The notes below the pieces were generated by a model. That model made no database searches and had not been told where the DNA came from. It saw only the letters and a list, made by a program, of their open reading frames with translations. Positions 25,680 through 38,618 of a stretch of 61,399 bases of DNA are shown here, piece by piece. The position numbers were made by a program, and so were the translations under genes. Numbering within the stretch: position 1 is the first letter of the stretch; every line of letters starts with the position of its first letter. Source of the DNA: Octopus bimaculoides (Eukaryota); contig NC_068981.1 of NCBI RefSeq assembly GCF_001194135.2, forward strand, positions 144,393,970 through 144,455,368, given 5' to 3'.

Positions 25680-26418
25680 CTCTCTCTCTCCTCTCTCTCT
25701 CTCTTTCCTTTACTCTCAACTTAAAATCACCGAGGAAATGACTTCAACATTAATTTCTACTGGGAATTATGTTGCAAACATCTATTCGTCAATTACAGAT
25801 CAACTTTTCTGATTAGTGCTGACGCCGGGTGCCAAGAAAAGGCTCAGAAGAAACGGCTCAGCCACAATCGACGACAGAAACATAACCACGCTAGCCAGTG
25901 ACCCATCTACAACACAAACACGTGCCTATTTACTCACGTAATGTATCAGCCCCAGTGAGTAAAACACAACGAATGTCACACCAACAGTACGATTTGGTCA
26001 CTAGCTATCCTTATCAAAAGAGTATCTTAAGACAAGCGCATCACCTTTATTATCTATCAATAAAAATCACAACCAACACAGAAAATGAATAAAATCAGTG
26101 CAGGTACCATTACAGCTACAGACCGTAATATTGGTAATCTGTGAGTATTGATATTACGGTATTCTGAATGAAAAAGAAAAAAATACCCAGTCACCAGTAG
26201 TCTCCAACTCACAACTAGCTTTTATGAATTACATGACTTAGAATGGTTATTCCATTTCCTCTCGCTCACATTATCACAATCTGACTCGGACGATTAATAG
26301 AGTATAAATTCACACCCCTAAATTTCTACAATTTTTCAAACGTAGTAATTTTAATATGGATTCCATAGACCAACACTTGGATTCAATAGGCCAACCAAGT
26401 GAATACGTAACGTGACTC

Positions 26419-26449
<31 letters not shown>

Positions 26450-26458
26450 GTCTGTCTC

Positions 26459-26498
<40 letters not shown>

Positions 26499-26907
26499 NN
26501 NNNNNNNNNNNNNNNNNNNNNNNNNNNNNNNNNNNNNNNNNNNNNNNNNNNNNNNNNNNNNNNNNNNNNNNNNNNNNNNNNNNNNNNNNNNNNNNNNNNN
26601 NNNNNNNNNNNNNNNNNNNNNNNNNNNNNNNNNNNNNNNNNNNNNNNNNNNNNNNNNNNNNNNNNNNNNNNNNNNNNNNNNNNNNNNNNNNNNNNNNNNN
26701 NNNNNNNNNNNNNNNNNNNNNNNNNNNNNNNNNNNNNNNNNNNNNNNNNNNNNNNNNNNNNNNNNNNNNNNNNNNNNNNNNNNNNNNNNNNNNNNNNNNN
26801 NNNNNNNNNNNNNNNNNNNNNNNNNNNNNNNNNNNNNNNNNNNNNNNNNNNNNNNNNNNNNNNNNNNNNNNNNNNNNNNNNNNNNNNNNNNNNNNNNNNN
26901 NNNNNNN

Positions 26908-26940
<33 letters not shown>

Positions 26941-27105
26941 TACGACGGGCTTCTTTCAGTTTCTGTCTACCAAATCCACTCACAAGGCTTTGGTCGGCCC
27001 GAGGCCATAGTAGAAGATACTTGCCTAAGGTGCCAAGCAGTGGGACTGAACCCGAAACCAGGTGGTTGGTAAGCAAGCTACTTACCATATAGCCACTTCT
27101 ACGAC
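26941..27105 (-). mobile_element. SINE-B 5' half
   Basis: CGACGGGCTTCTTTCAGTTTCTGTCTACCAAATCCACTCAC through GCCACTTCT. Confidence 0.9.
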
Positions 27106-27324
27106 TATAAAATGATAAAATTTCAATATTTTTGCTATTAATATTTTTGATTTGTAGTTTGAGTTGCTACTTTCTTCTATGACACACTGATATTTTTACA
27201 GTTTCAAGACTACTTCAATCAAACTATAATATTCTTCTCCCTTACACTCCCACTTCTCTCTCTCTCTCTCCCTGCCTCTCCCTCTTACACACACATACAG
27301 AGGCACGCACACATACACAAACAC

Positions 27325-27870
27325 ATATATATGGGGTGTGGTTGAGCTGTTCACTTAGCAGCAAAATAGCTTCGGGTTTGAGCTCGCTTCGAGCTTAAAT
27401 GTGCAAGTTTTTACAAGCGTCACATGCTAACCAATGTTTTGTGCGTGTACACCGGTTATGTTTGTGTGTATGTGTGTGTATGTTTATGTGTGTGTATGTA
27501 TATGTGTGTGGGGAGTGTGTATATATATGTGTGTGTGTGTGTGCGTGTACGTGTATATATGTGTGGGTGTATGTATGTATATATATATATGTGTGTGTGT
27601 ACGTGTATGTGTATGTATATGTGATTGTGTGTATACATGAATATAAATATGTATACGTGTGGTTTTTGTTTATATTCACACTGGTTCTTAAAAAATACCA
27701 TGTTTATGTTGTAACTTTCTGTGTCATCACTCCTAGAGATTCGACAGCGATAGATATCAAACCAGGCTGACATAATCACTTGGGATGATTTGATCAATGA
27801 AACCCTTGAAGCAGTGCTCCAGTATGGTCGCAATGCAATATGTTTAAACCTGTAAAAATAAGTAAGAATA
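27325..27870 (+). mobile_element. Degenerate SINE-B-like copy with an expanded internal TG/TA microsatellite
   Basis: Weak head at 27325-27420; 3' motif GCAGTGCTCCAGTATGGTCGCAATG near 27810. Confidence 0.5.
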
Positions 27871-28397
27871 AAGTTATGTGCACAAGACAACATTCTTTCA
27901 GTTCAGAAAAAAAAAATCATTAAATATGAATAATTAGATTTAACATTAATTAAAACTGACAGAAGACTAAAAAAATATTCTAGATAAAAATACTAGAAAT
28001 GAGAACAAATTACTTCAAATTGCTTTGAACAATATCAATTTTAACAAAATCCTGAAATAACTATATTAGGTAAGTAATCGGATAGATATCTTAAGCTATA
28101 TAATCTCTTCTATTTCTTATAATATAATTACACTGACGCTGTAACTAAGTTACCGTTAACACATTTAACACAGTGAATCGAAACAAGTTAGCTGGAAATA
28201 ACTACGTATCGAGGAAAAACTGTATTAATCGATGATTGATATTTTCATTTCTTTTGGCTAGGACGGGAGACAGTTGGATCACGTTTTAGTATTATTCTGG
28301 CCTCCACGGCGAAGTTTATGCTTCACTGATGGGATGAAATAAATCATTAGGCTCAGACATAATCTTGTGTTTAAGACGATTGTTTCCTTAGTATATA

Positions 28398-29253
28398 AGT
28401 GGTCTGATCAATAAGTATCCGGACAATTGCCATAGTAACGAAGCTAAAGAACGCAGAGTGAAGTCGCTTGACACAGATTGACCTTGAAACCCTGCTGTGC
28501 ATGCGCACTAAGTTTTACCGTTCTGTCCTGCTTCCGCTGTTTACAACAGTGCTTAGAAGGAACGTGTGTAGCATGTGATCGTCGCATTGGCCATGAATCT
28601 GCATCAAATGTTGTCAAAAGTTTGGCGATACCTGCTCAGAAGCCTATTCAAAGTTGCAGAAAGTGTATGGAGAGGAGTGTATGAGCCGAAAACATGTCGA
28701 TAGTAACAAACATTTTGGGAGGCCTGCAACCAACAGAACTGAGAAAAACGTCGTATATGCGCGTGCAGCTGAGAGGAGAAATCGTCAAATCACCATCCAC
28801 GAGTTATTAGAGGATGCGCAGATTAGTTACGGTTCAATTCAGTTCATTATCACTAAAAATTTGTGTATGAGACGTGTGTCTGCCAATTTGTGTCAAATCT
28901 GCTTTCAGCTGTCATTGCACCTGCCCATTCAGCGTAGCAGATTTTGGCTAAACACAGCATTCCCGAGGTCCGACAGCCACCGTATTGTCCAGATCTCACA
29001 CCTTGCGACTTTTTCCTCTTACCAAAAATCAAATCCCGCTTGAAAGGAAGGTTTTAGGACGTCGAGGAAGTCAAAGTGATTGCGACGAGGCAGCTGCTGA
29101 TTATCCCAGAAAACGAATTCCAGGAACGCTTCCATTAATGGAAACAGCACTAGATAAAGTGTGTGGCTTCCGAAGGAGATTAAATGCCAAATTGGTACGT
29201 GTTGTAGTTTTGTTTTTATAGCACCAGACCGGATACTTATTGATCAGGCCTCG
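28398..29253 (+). mobile_element. Mariner element with internal deletions, same family as 347-1233
   Basis: TIRs GGTCTGATCAATAAGTATCCGG and CCGGATACTTATTGATCAGGCCTCG with TA flanks; LQKVYGEECMSR and QPPYCPDLTPCDFFL motifs. Confidence 0.92.
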
Positions 29254-29389
29254 TAGTTTTCAGTTTTATTTCACTTTGGGAGACTGTTGAGTTGATTAAT
29301 ATCATGCGAGTAGTATTTTTTGGACGGAGACTATTAGGAAACTCAACATACAAGTATTTACATACATTCGTACGTATATGTTTTATTAT

Positions 29390-29590
29390 CTTTTTATGCC
29401 TCTTTCAGTTACTTGACTGCAGTCATGCTAGGGCAGCGCCTGGATGGTTTTTATCGAACAAATCGACCCCAAGATTTATTTTTCGTTTTGAAGTTTAGTG
29501 TTTATTCTATCGGTCTATTTTGACGAAGCGCCAATTTACAAAGACGTAAACACTACAACACCGGTTTGTTTCGCAGCCATGACCGGACAT
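29390..29590 (-). mobile_element. SINE-B 3' half, degenerate
   Basis: TTCAGTTACTTGACTGCAGTCATGCT..AATCGACCCCAAG..TATTCTATCGGTC. Confidence 0.75.
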
Positions 29591-30689
29591 ATATTTAACT
29601 TCATATATATATAAATATATATATATATATANNNNNNNNNNNNNNNNNNNNNNNNNNNNNNNNNNNNNNNNNNNNNNNNNNNNNNNNNNNNNNNNNNNNN
29701 NNNNNNNNNNNNNNNNNNNNNNNNNNNNNNNNNNNNNNNNNNNNNNNNNNNNNNNNNNNNNNNNNNNNNNNNNNNNNNNNNNNNNNNNNNNNNNNNNNNN
29801 NNNNNNNNNNNNNNNNNNNNNNNNNNNNNNNNNNNNNNNNNNNNNNNNNNNNNNNNNNNNNNNNNNNNNNNNNNNNNNNNNNNNNNNNNNNNNNNNNNNN
29901 NNNNNNNNNNNNNNNNNNNNNNNNNNNNNNNNNNNNNNNNNNNNNNGTGTGTGTGTGTGTGTGTGTGTGTGTGCATGTGTGTGTGTGTGTGTCTGTCTGT
30001 CTGTCTGTCTGTGTGTGTGTGTACATTTTGGGGGAAACTCTAAGCATATAAAGCTAGAAATAACAGCATGTAAATACTGGATTGAACACCGGTTTCGATA
30101 GAAAAAGTCGGTGGTTGCCCGTGGGACGCGAACACGGGAAGTTTTTTTTTTTACTTTTTTTCTGTTTAAAAAGAGTTTACAAACCTAATATTTACATGCT
30201 ATTATTTATAACTTTATATATACTTCGAGATTCAATTACAAAACAGAATTATTTCGTATTCTCTCAAAAATTTATTAATATTTATGGCGTTAAATTAGCG
30301 TTAAGATATTTAATACCGGCATCATCATAAAGCTAACTTGATATAACTAACTATACCATGAGAAACGAAAGCAATATTACTGAATCATTAATATCATTTT
30401 ATATATATCGGCTAGTACAGGAAACAGTCCGGTTTTACCAAGAATTGCCAAACTAATAATATGACAACCTCTTTCATATATCACACAGATTAATAACTAT
30501 TTCTTAGTCTAACCCGCCATATGTGTAGGCCTATCTGCTTAAGCTGTATATATAATCTTTGACATGATTCCATCGATGTCAGTTATTTGTATTATTCAGT
30601 AGTGGTTTGGGCAAAATTTCCTCTCTTGGAGATCGACACTACTTAGCCAAAAAGCGTATGATAACGCGGCGCATTATATACACTGGAGA

Positions 30690-31520
30690 GTATCTATGCG
30701 CTCGTTCAACCTATTGAAGTATGTTAAACCACACACTATAGTCTTAAAACAAAGAAAAAAATAGATAATGTACTTTTAGATATATTTTGTTGTTGTTGGC
30801 ACTCCGTCGCTTACGACGTCGATGGTTCCAGTTGATCAGATCAACGGAACAGCCTGCTCGTGAAATTAACGTGCAAGTGGCTGAGCACTCCACAGACACG
30901 TGTACCCTTAACGTAGTTCTCGTGGATATTCAGAGTGACACAGTGTGACAAGGCTGACCCTTTGAATTACAGGCACAACAGAAACAGGAAGTAAGAGTGA
31001 GAGAAAGTTGTGGTGGAAGAGTAGAGTAGGNNNNNNNNNNNNNNNNNNNNNNNNNNNNNNNNNNNNNNNNGATCAACGGAACAGCCTGCTCGTGAAATTA
31101 ACGTGCAAGTGGCTGAGCACTCCACAGACACGTGTACCCTTAACGTAGTTCTCGTGGATATTCAGAGTGACACAGTGTGACAAGGCTGACCCTTTGAATT
31201 GCAGGCACAACAGAAACAGGAAGTAAGAGTGAGAGAAAGTTGTGGTGGAAGAGTAGAGTAGGGTTCACCACCATCCTCTGCCAAGAGCCCCGTGGAGTTT
31301 TAGGCGTTTTCGTTCAATAAACACTCACAACGCCCGGTCTGGGAATCGAAACCGCGATCGTATGACTGCGAGTCCGCTGCCCTAACCACTGGGCCATTGC
31401 GCCTCCACTCTGGATATACTATGCTTAAGAAAAAGGAAAAGACTGGTAGGAAAAGACTGCTATTGATCATACGTATCTCTTGAACCGAAAACTGACCATG
31501 AGTTAAACAACGATAACAAA
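30690..31520 (+). repeat. Repeat E interrupted by a SINE-C
   Basis: Left part ends AGATAATGTACTTTTAGA; the right part resumes GGATATACTATGC and ends GTTAAACAACGATAAC, like 46620-46830. Confidence 0.45.
30788..31408 (-). mobile_element. SINE-C (about 190 bp duplicated across a small gap)
   Basis: Head and (AAC)n tail both present; 30839-31030 and 31071-31262 differ at one base. Confidence 0.9.
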
Positions 31521-32107
31521 CACCAACAGCAATAACCCAAACCTGTGAGTTATGCCGTTAGTGAATGATAGTTAACTGGTCAACACATATTCCGTTTGTT
31601 TAGCTGTAATGTTTCAACAACGCGCATAACCTAAATGTATTTGAATTCCACATGCATGCTCGTGCACACATACATACTCACACACTCATAAACACGTACA
31701 CACATGTATTTGTCTAATATAAATGATACATAAATATTACTAAGCTCACTCTTAATAATTATTCCAGTAAGCTACGCACACCACCTACAACTTATTAAAG
31801 CTGTGCCATGCAACATCATTAGATGAGAGGACACCAGTGTATTCCTCATATTACGCTGTGAGTTACATTTAACTAAGAACAATAACCATGCTGGATATTT
31901 GAGTTTAAAGTACACCGAATTGCAATTCCTACATGCTGTTTCTGAAACAATACACTTAACATTCATGTTTACATAATTGTTTTCCAATTAAACATACTTT
32001 AAATTCTAAACCATATGAATAAACTTACAGTATCAGGCTTACTTGAACAACTGCTTCGGTTATTACTTTTTATTCCTCACACCTTGTTACTACAAATATA
32101 TGACAAA

Positions 32108-32783
32108 CTAGCTGCGGTACTCGGTAATAAATTACCATTAATAAGATCTCTGTTTATAGCCATGAAATATTTTTCGTCAAATTTCGGCATTTTTCAAAAT
32201 TTAAAATCTATATTAATGGGTCGGACCATTGTGATGAAAAAACTGAGCAGAGTCTGGTAGCGCACTCGTGTCGTCGTCATTTTTGTGCATGTGCGTAAAA
32301 TGGTGAAATTTTACGCTTTGGGGCAGATTTCCACAAATTGATTTCAGGACTGCTAGTGCGCAAGGTGCCTAAATTTTGCTTGAGAAATAAAATGCTCATA
32401 CCTAATCAAAACCTGAAACGCTAGGGAATTAAAACAACGAATTAAAATAAGTTTTAGCAAATCAAAACAATTCACATTGAAATGAAGAATTAGCAATTGC
32501 TAAATAGATTACCATTAATAAGTTGTCTGTTTATACCCATGAAACATTTTTCGTCAAATTTCGGCATTTTTCGTCATGATGGCTAGTGCGAAAAATGCCG
32601 AAATTTTATGACTTTGAAAAATTGACGCTGATTAAAAATCGATTTTTAAAAAATTCCAAGTGCGTAAGTCACCTCATGGGTACTAACCCCCCACACGTGT
32701 CGAGTTTCATCAAGGTCTGTTGGATAGAGCTCGGAGGAATTAAAGTAACAAATTCACAAACACACAAACTTGCCATTTATAGA
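32108..32783. mobile_element. Helitron/Helentron-like non-autonomous element
   Basis: Starts CTAGCTGCGGTACTCGG and ends GAGTTTCATCAAGG..ACAAACACACAAACTTGCCATTTATAGAT; internal direct repeat and hairpin. Assigned by resemblance only. Confidence 0.55.
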
Positions 32784-34299
32784 TGGTGATTGAATTCACC
32801 TCCAACCAACTGCTCATCATCCTTCTATCTTTTACAACCTTCATTGAAATAGGGACAAAAGTCACCTTCGCAAATTTCAAAATTCTCATGGGAAACACTT
32901 TTGATGAAAGACAAAATTATACTTCACAGAATTCAGTAGCAACAAAACCACAAACACAAATGCACTGCACTTAATATATTTGTTCCACAGTCATGACGTC
33001 CTGAGTATGATTTTACTGAGTTTCTTCTCAGAAAAGTATTTATCAACATTGCCTCTGGTCCTCTGGTCAACCTCAACTTGTGAGTGAAATTCAGTTGACA
33101 GAAACTGTATAGAAGTCTGTTGGAGAAAGTGGACCTGTAATTCAAAGAGAATTAAGTTAGGAGCCTGTGAAATGTTCACCCATTTATGCGCTAATTCAAC
33201 GAACTGGTAGTTTAATCCATTGACGGTGATCCATTCTTCACTTAGCATATTCTTAAAAAAACAACATATTTCGAATTTATGGAAGAATCAGAGGAAGTAG
33301 AGCGGTAACTTATGGGCCCTTTTGTAAAACTTCTGAGATCACTGGAAGAAAAGAAGAAAAAAATCACGGAACAAAATTCTCTTCAGATCAAAGACCTGAT
33401 CTGCATACTTGTGACTACGTGGTATTCCCTAAAGACTTCAAAACGTTATTATTAGTCTCAAGCCGTGTGACGGGTTAGGTATACCAAGTTTAAAAAGTGG
33501 AAACAGTTAATTTGATGAAATTCGGAATGGTTTCCGTCTACCTCATACCAAGCAAAAAAACACGTGTAGAACATAGGCTATGGTTGCAGATGGTTACTCA
33601 TGGACTTTGCTGTGAGATCGAAACTGGAACCTCAAGATTGAATAAAGAATCTCTGGCACTCGTACTCTGTCCAGCTAAACTAAAATCATACATCACAACT
33701 GAAATAGCTAATGTAATGAAACCTGAGGACAGTATCAGCCCAAACAACATGAGCGACGCACAATCAGCATAAATACTCCTCAACGTGATGCAACAAATCA
33801 AAGAAAAAAGTGAACTGACACATATTTGCTGTATCCAACCTAAATCACAATGCAAGCTTCAAAATCACCTCACAAAGTAATTAGCTGAATGAATAACTCT
33901 AACTATAACCACACCGCTTCACATTAACTTATCTGTACACCGACTGTTTTCTGAAAGTTGCTTATTCTAAAATCACTCACCTACAAAACAATACAAAGAA
34001 AGCAGAAACAGAAAAATATATTCTTTCCATCCTGATTATGACACTGATCTTAATGTTCTATTAAATAACAAAAAAAAAAGAAGAAAAAATGAAAATCTCA
34101 AACGCCAAAATTCTCCGGGTGCAACAAAACCGAAAAACATGCTTTGTGTGTTAAAATTCAACTTTACCATCTTAAAACAGCAATGCGACATTGGAAAGTG
34201 TAATGTTAGACACGTTATAAAAATTGAAGAGATGTTCGTCGTTCAGTCAGTGTTATCCTCGAGTAAAACAACACTTCTCGTAATCAGGAAACTAAGTAA

Positions 34300-35000
34300 A
34301 GTAATAGTAATTTCGAAAATCAAATGAAAGCAAACTCAAACCACCTCTTCATCCTTCAGTACATATCGTAAAATATTTTAGGGAAACTCATTGTTAACGC
34401 CATAACCTATTTAGTCCTCTTTCAAGCTCGCAATATGAATTCAGCATATTACAGTCATTCATCATACATCATAAATCTTACACAAATATAATATGGCTGT
34501 TTGGCTGTTTCAGTAGCAAACTCATTCTCATTATCTTCCTAATCAACATCGGCATCAGCAAAGCATTTGACTACATTGCAGCCCACTACACAAAGTATTC
34601 TTCACCCTACTCCCAAACTCTCAAGTTACTACGAATATGCAGAGTGCAATAATAGCAAATTAAGAATATGTAATATCCCAAACTGCATGCTCTAAGAATC
34701 TACTCACTCATCTGCTTTTAGCAATTTATGCCTCAACAGTGAATATATACAGATGACATTGCAGTTACTGACTCTTACCATTTCTAAACACAATTTCACG
34801 TCTATTATACACTAACCACTTAGAAGCCTCGTTCCAAAAATATTAACTAAAAATGGCCATCTATCAAATCCGGACTTTCACATACTACCAGTAATGGAGA
34901 CAAGCAATCAACAGATTCAGTAAAATAAACATGCCCCGCAGACACGTAATGCAAGAATACGAAGAATTACATCACGTTTATTACAAACGATGCAATGGCA
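34300..35000 (+). mobile_element. Highly decayed LINE reverse transcriptase
   Basis: ISKAFD at about 34554-34571 and YTDDI at 34746-34760, in the expected order and spacing, amid many stops. Confidence 0.55.
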
Positions 35001-35086
35001 TACTTGGAACTAAATGTTCGCAGACACATTTGGTCAGAACAGAGAAGCAACAATATTAATATATGAACAGGTACTATATACATCAT

Positions 35087-35280
35087 GGGCAGCAAGCTGG
35101 TGCAATCGTCAGTGTGATGAGTAAAATGCTTAGCGGCCTTACTTCCGGTTCTTTACGTTCTGATACAAATCCCACTGTGGTCGACTTTGCCTTTCATCCT
35201 TTCGGGGTCAATGAAATATAGTACCCATCAAGTTCTAGGGGTCGATGTAGACGACTAACCCCACCCCCTTAAAACAGCTG
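35087..35280 (+). mobile_element. SINE-A
   Basis: GGTCGACTTTGCCTTTCATCCTTTCGGGGTC body with head and GTCGATGTAGACGAC. Confidence 0.85.
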
Positions 35281-36395
35281 TAATCTTTCACCCCATTACT
35301 GAAATTACATCTGCCTCCTCATAAATGTCTACGTGCAGATATTTCCCCATAGATGTTCAGTATTGAAGAGCCCTGCAAAGATAATGATCTCTGCTATTTT
35401 CCTTATAAATAACTTCCAAACTATTCGACAGCTTTTCTTTCAAACTCCATGATTAAGAATTTGCAAAAGTGGCATCCGATTGAAAATAGAGAAAAATGCA
35501 AACTCATCTAATTTGAATCATTATTAATTACTCCCCAGTAAACATATACATCTAAATAGCAACTGAAATTGACTTAATGAGTAGAGTCGTCCAGGCAAAG
35601 TTGACAGCAAAAACCTTTAGGCGTTGTTTAATTATTATTACTACAACCTGTCCTTGATAATACAATGTCAATAATTACAAACAATCCCGCACAGTAGAAA
35701 CTCAGGAATGTATATCTGAAAGATAGACGAACATATATGTAATTGTGATTTATTCCCATTGGAAAATTTGCTTAGATATATCCACCAAAAATGAAATAGT
35801 AATTACTGGGAAAGAAAGCAGTGTTTGGTGATGGGCTTACAGATAATTAATACTTTAATTAAAAGAAAATTAGTAAATAATGCGCTTTCTGTGTTTTCTC
35901 ATTTCATTTTTAATATGATATATGCTATATACGAAATGCAGCATTTAACACAAATTCGAATCAGCATAACTATGACTGCTTATTTAGCAATCGGTTGCCA
36001 TAATAACTAACAATTTTTACTTTGTTATCGCTTTTGTTCTAAATACGTCAACAGATAACCTCAATACAATGTGACCGGTCGATTATATACTAGTTAAAGC
36101 AATTATTGTTAACAGTAATTTTGATGTTTTGACGTGGGACTAAAAATAGGATTATTTTGGAATGAACCCCAACAATTTTCTTGTATTTACTTTTATCGAA
36201 GTTGGGAAAACGGAAGCCATTTAGACTTTGATAAAGACACTGAGAGATGAAAATAAACATTATAAAAGACACGAGTATCAATTTCTAAATTTCAGCAGGG
36301 TCAGTGGTAACTTGTGAGTTTCAGCAAGATCCTTATTTTTAAAAAAAAATCATTCACAGGCCCAATACAGATACTGACATAAATACTAATAATGG

Positions 36396-36612
36396 ATGAC
36401 ACTCCGTCGGTTACGACGACGAGGGTTCCAGTTGATCCGATCAACGGAACAGCCTGCTCGTAAAATTAACGTGCAAGTGGCTGAGCACTCCACAGACACG
36501 TGTACCCTTAACGTAGTTCTCGGGGAGATTCAGCGTGACACAGAATGTAATAAGGCGGGCCCTTTGAAATATAGGTACAACAGAAACAGGAAGAAAGAGA
36601 GAGAGAGGAAGT
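36396..36612 (-). mobile_element. SINE-C 3' part, running into a gap
   Basis: ACTCCGTCGGTTACGACGACGAGGGTTCCAGTTGATCCG. Confidence 0.9.
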
Positions 36613-36907
36613 TNNNNNNNNNNNNNNNNNNNNNNNNNNNNNNNNNNNNNNNNNNNNNNNNNNNNNNNNNNNNNNNNNNNNNNNNNNNNNNNNNNNNNNN
36701 NNNNNNNNNNNNNNNNNNNNNNNNNNNNNNNNNNNNNNNNNNNNNNNNNNNNNNNNNNNNNNNNNNNNNNNNNNNNNNNNNNNNNNNNNNNNNNNNNNNA
36801 CTAATAATCATTTTATAAATTGCCACAAGACCATGTAATTAGGCAAGAGTGGAAATGCGACATGACGTGATGGTGTTCTTTTTTTGTCATTTTCGAAAGG
36901 AATTTCT

Positions 36908-37297
36908 GTTCTTATTTCAGTCATTAGACAGCGGCAATGCTGGGGCACCATCTTCAAGAATTTTAGTCGGACGAATCGACCCCAGTACTTATTATTTTTT
37001 GTTAAAGCCTGGTACTTATTCTATCGGTTTCTTTTGCCGAACCACTAAGTTAGGGGACGTAAACACACTAACACTGGTTGTCAAGTGGTGGTGGGGGCTA
37101 ATCAGACATAAGGGGACACACAGACACATATATACAACGGGCTTCTTTCAGTTTCCGTCTACCAAATCCACTCACAAGGTTTTGGTCAGCCCGAAGCTAA
37201 AGTAGAAGACGCTTGACCAAAGTGTCACGCAGTGGGACTGAACCCGGAATTATGTGGCTGGCAAGCAGAATTCTTACCCTACAGCCACGCCGGCGCA
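36908..37297 (-). mobile_element. SINE-B, full length
   Basis: Tail, body and head all recognisable. Confidence 0.88.
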
Positions 37298-37915
37298 TAT
37301 AACATAATTGAAATTATTAATAACTTTATCAAATCTCGAATACTTTGGTTCACTTTAAGCCATATTCATAGTAAACATATTTTTCAGCATCAAACATTTG
37401 TTTCTGTTGTTAAACATCGTGGGTTAAAATCAGACAGCAGTTTCTCCAACTTAATACACTACATTTTTTGCAAACTATGAGATGTGACCTATCTAGGCGA
37501 GGTAGCTGCTAACTTTGCTGATATTTTCTAGGATCATCTTGTTGGCTGTAACAATGCCTTGAGTTTTCGCAAATTTGCAGCCCGATATTTTAACTCACTC
37601 ACTCTGCTGAGCATCTTTCAGTTTGTGTTGTTCTCTGATACTATGGCTCAAATGAGTATCACAAATATGCATGAATGTGCATATTCCGACTCATTTATAT
37701 ATGTATATGTATAAATGTAAATACTATAGTATATTTGAAAAAAATGAGTAGAGATGGCTTTTGGCGTGGATAATTTTTATTTTAATGATAATGCTTACAG
37801 TTATTCTAATGAGTTTCGAGCTTTTCGATAGCCGTTTTCAAACTGAAATTCTGTGGTTTAGAAGGTTGCTTATATAGCAAAATATCTTTTCTTTTTTTTT
37901 CTTTTTTTTCTTACA

Positions 37916-38312
37916 GGGCGCAGGAGTGGCTGTGTGGTAAGTAGCTTGCTTATCAACCAGATGGTTCCGGGTTCAGTTCCACTGCGTGGAATCTTGGGCA
38001 AGTGTCTTCTACTATAGGCGCGGGCCGACCAAAGACTTGTGAGTGGATTTAGTAGACAGAAACTGACAGAAGCCTGTCGTATATATGTATATATTTATAT
38101 GTGTGTGTGTGTCTGTGTTTGTCCCCCCAACATCACTTGACAACCGATGGTGGTGTGCTTACGTCCCCGTAACTTAGCGGTTCTGCAAAAGAGCCCGATA
38201 TAATAAGTACTAGGCTTACAAAGAATAAGTCCTGGGGTCGATTTGCTCGACTAAAGGCGATGCTCCAGCATGGCCGCAGTCAAATGACTGAAACAAGTAA
38301 AAGAGTAAAGAG
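37916..38312 (+). mobile_element. SINE-B, full length
   Basis: GGCGCAGGAGTGGCTGTGTGGTAAG..internal (TA)(TG)..CAGTCAAATGACTGAAACAAGTAAAAGAG. Confidence 0.92.
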
Positions 38313-38618
38313 TATACAAATAAAAAATAGAAAATAGAAAAGAAAAATAGAAAAATAAAATATATAAAAACTAATATAAAAAATAATATGAAAAATAATA
38401 AAAGAACACAAAAAGTAAATACAACAGCATGTGTGTGAAAAGAAAAAAAAGAAAAAAGGAAAAGGAAAAGAAAAAGGTGGAAAAGAAGGAAAAGAAGAAC
38501 ATGAAGAAGAGCAAGGAGGAAGGTAAAGAGTAAGAGGAAGAAGAAGTAGTTGAAAATTGTAGGGAGAAGAGATTAGTCTACGGGGAATAAAGAAATACTT
38601 TAGGAGTTGTCAGAAATA

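Noticed and set aside
30839-31262. Near-perfect 190 bp tandem duplication in SINE-C
   Set aside because: Straddles a 40-N gap with a single mismatch; typical of an unmerged contig overlap or two alleles.
31772-32090. 87-nt GTAAGT..TTTCAG intron-like segment on minus (31942-32028)
   Set aside because: All three spliced frames hit stops quickly; no coding support.
32783-33860. Short ORFs upstream of the decayed RT
   Set aside because: Probably eroded 5' parts of the same LINE, but no motif supports a call.
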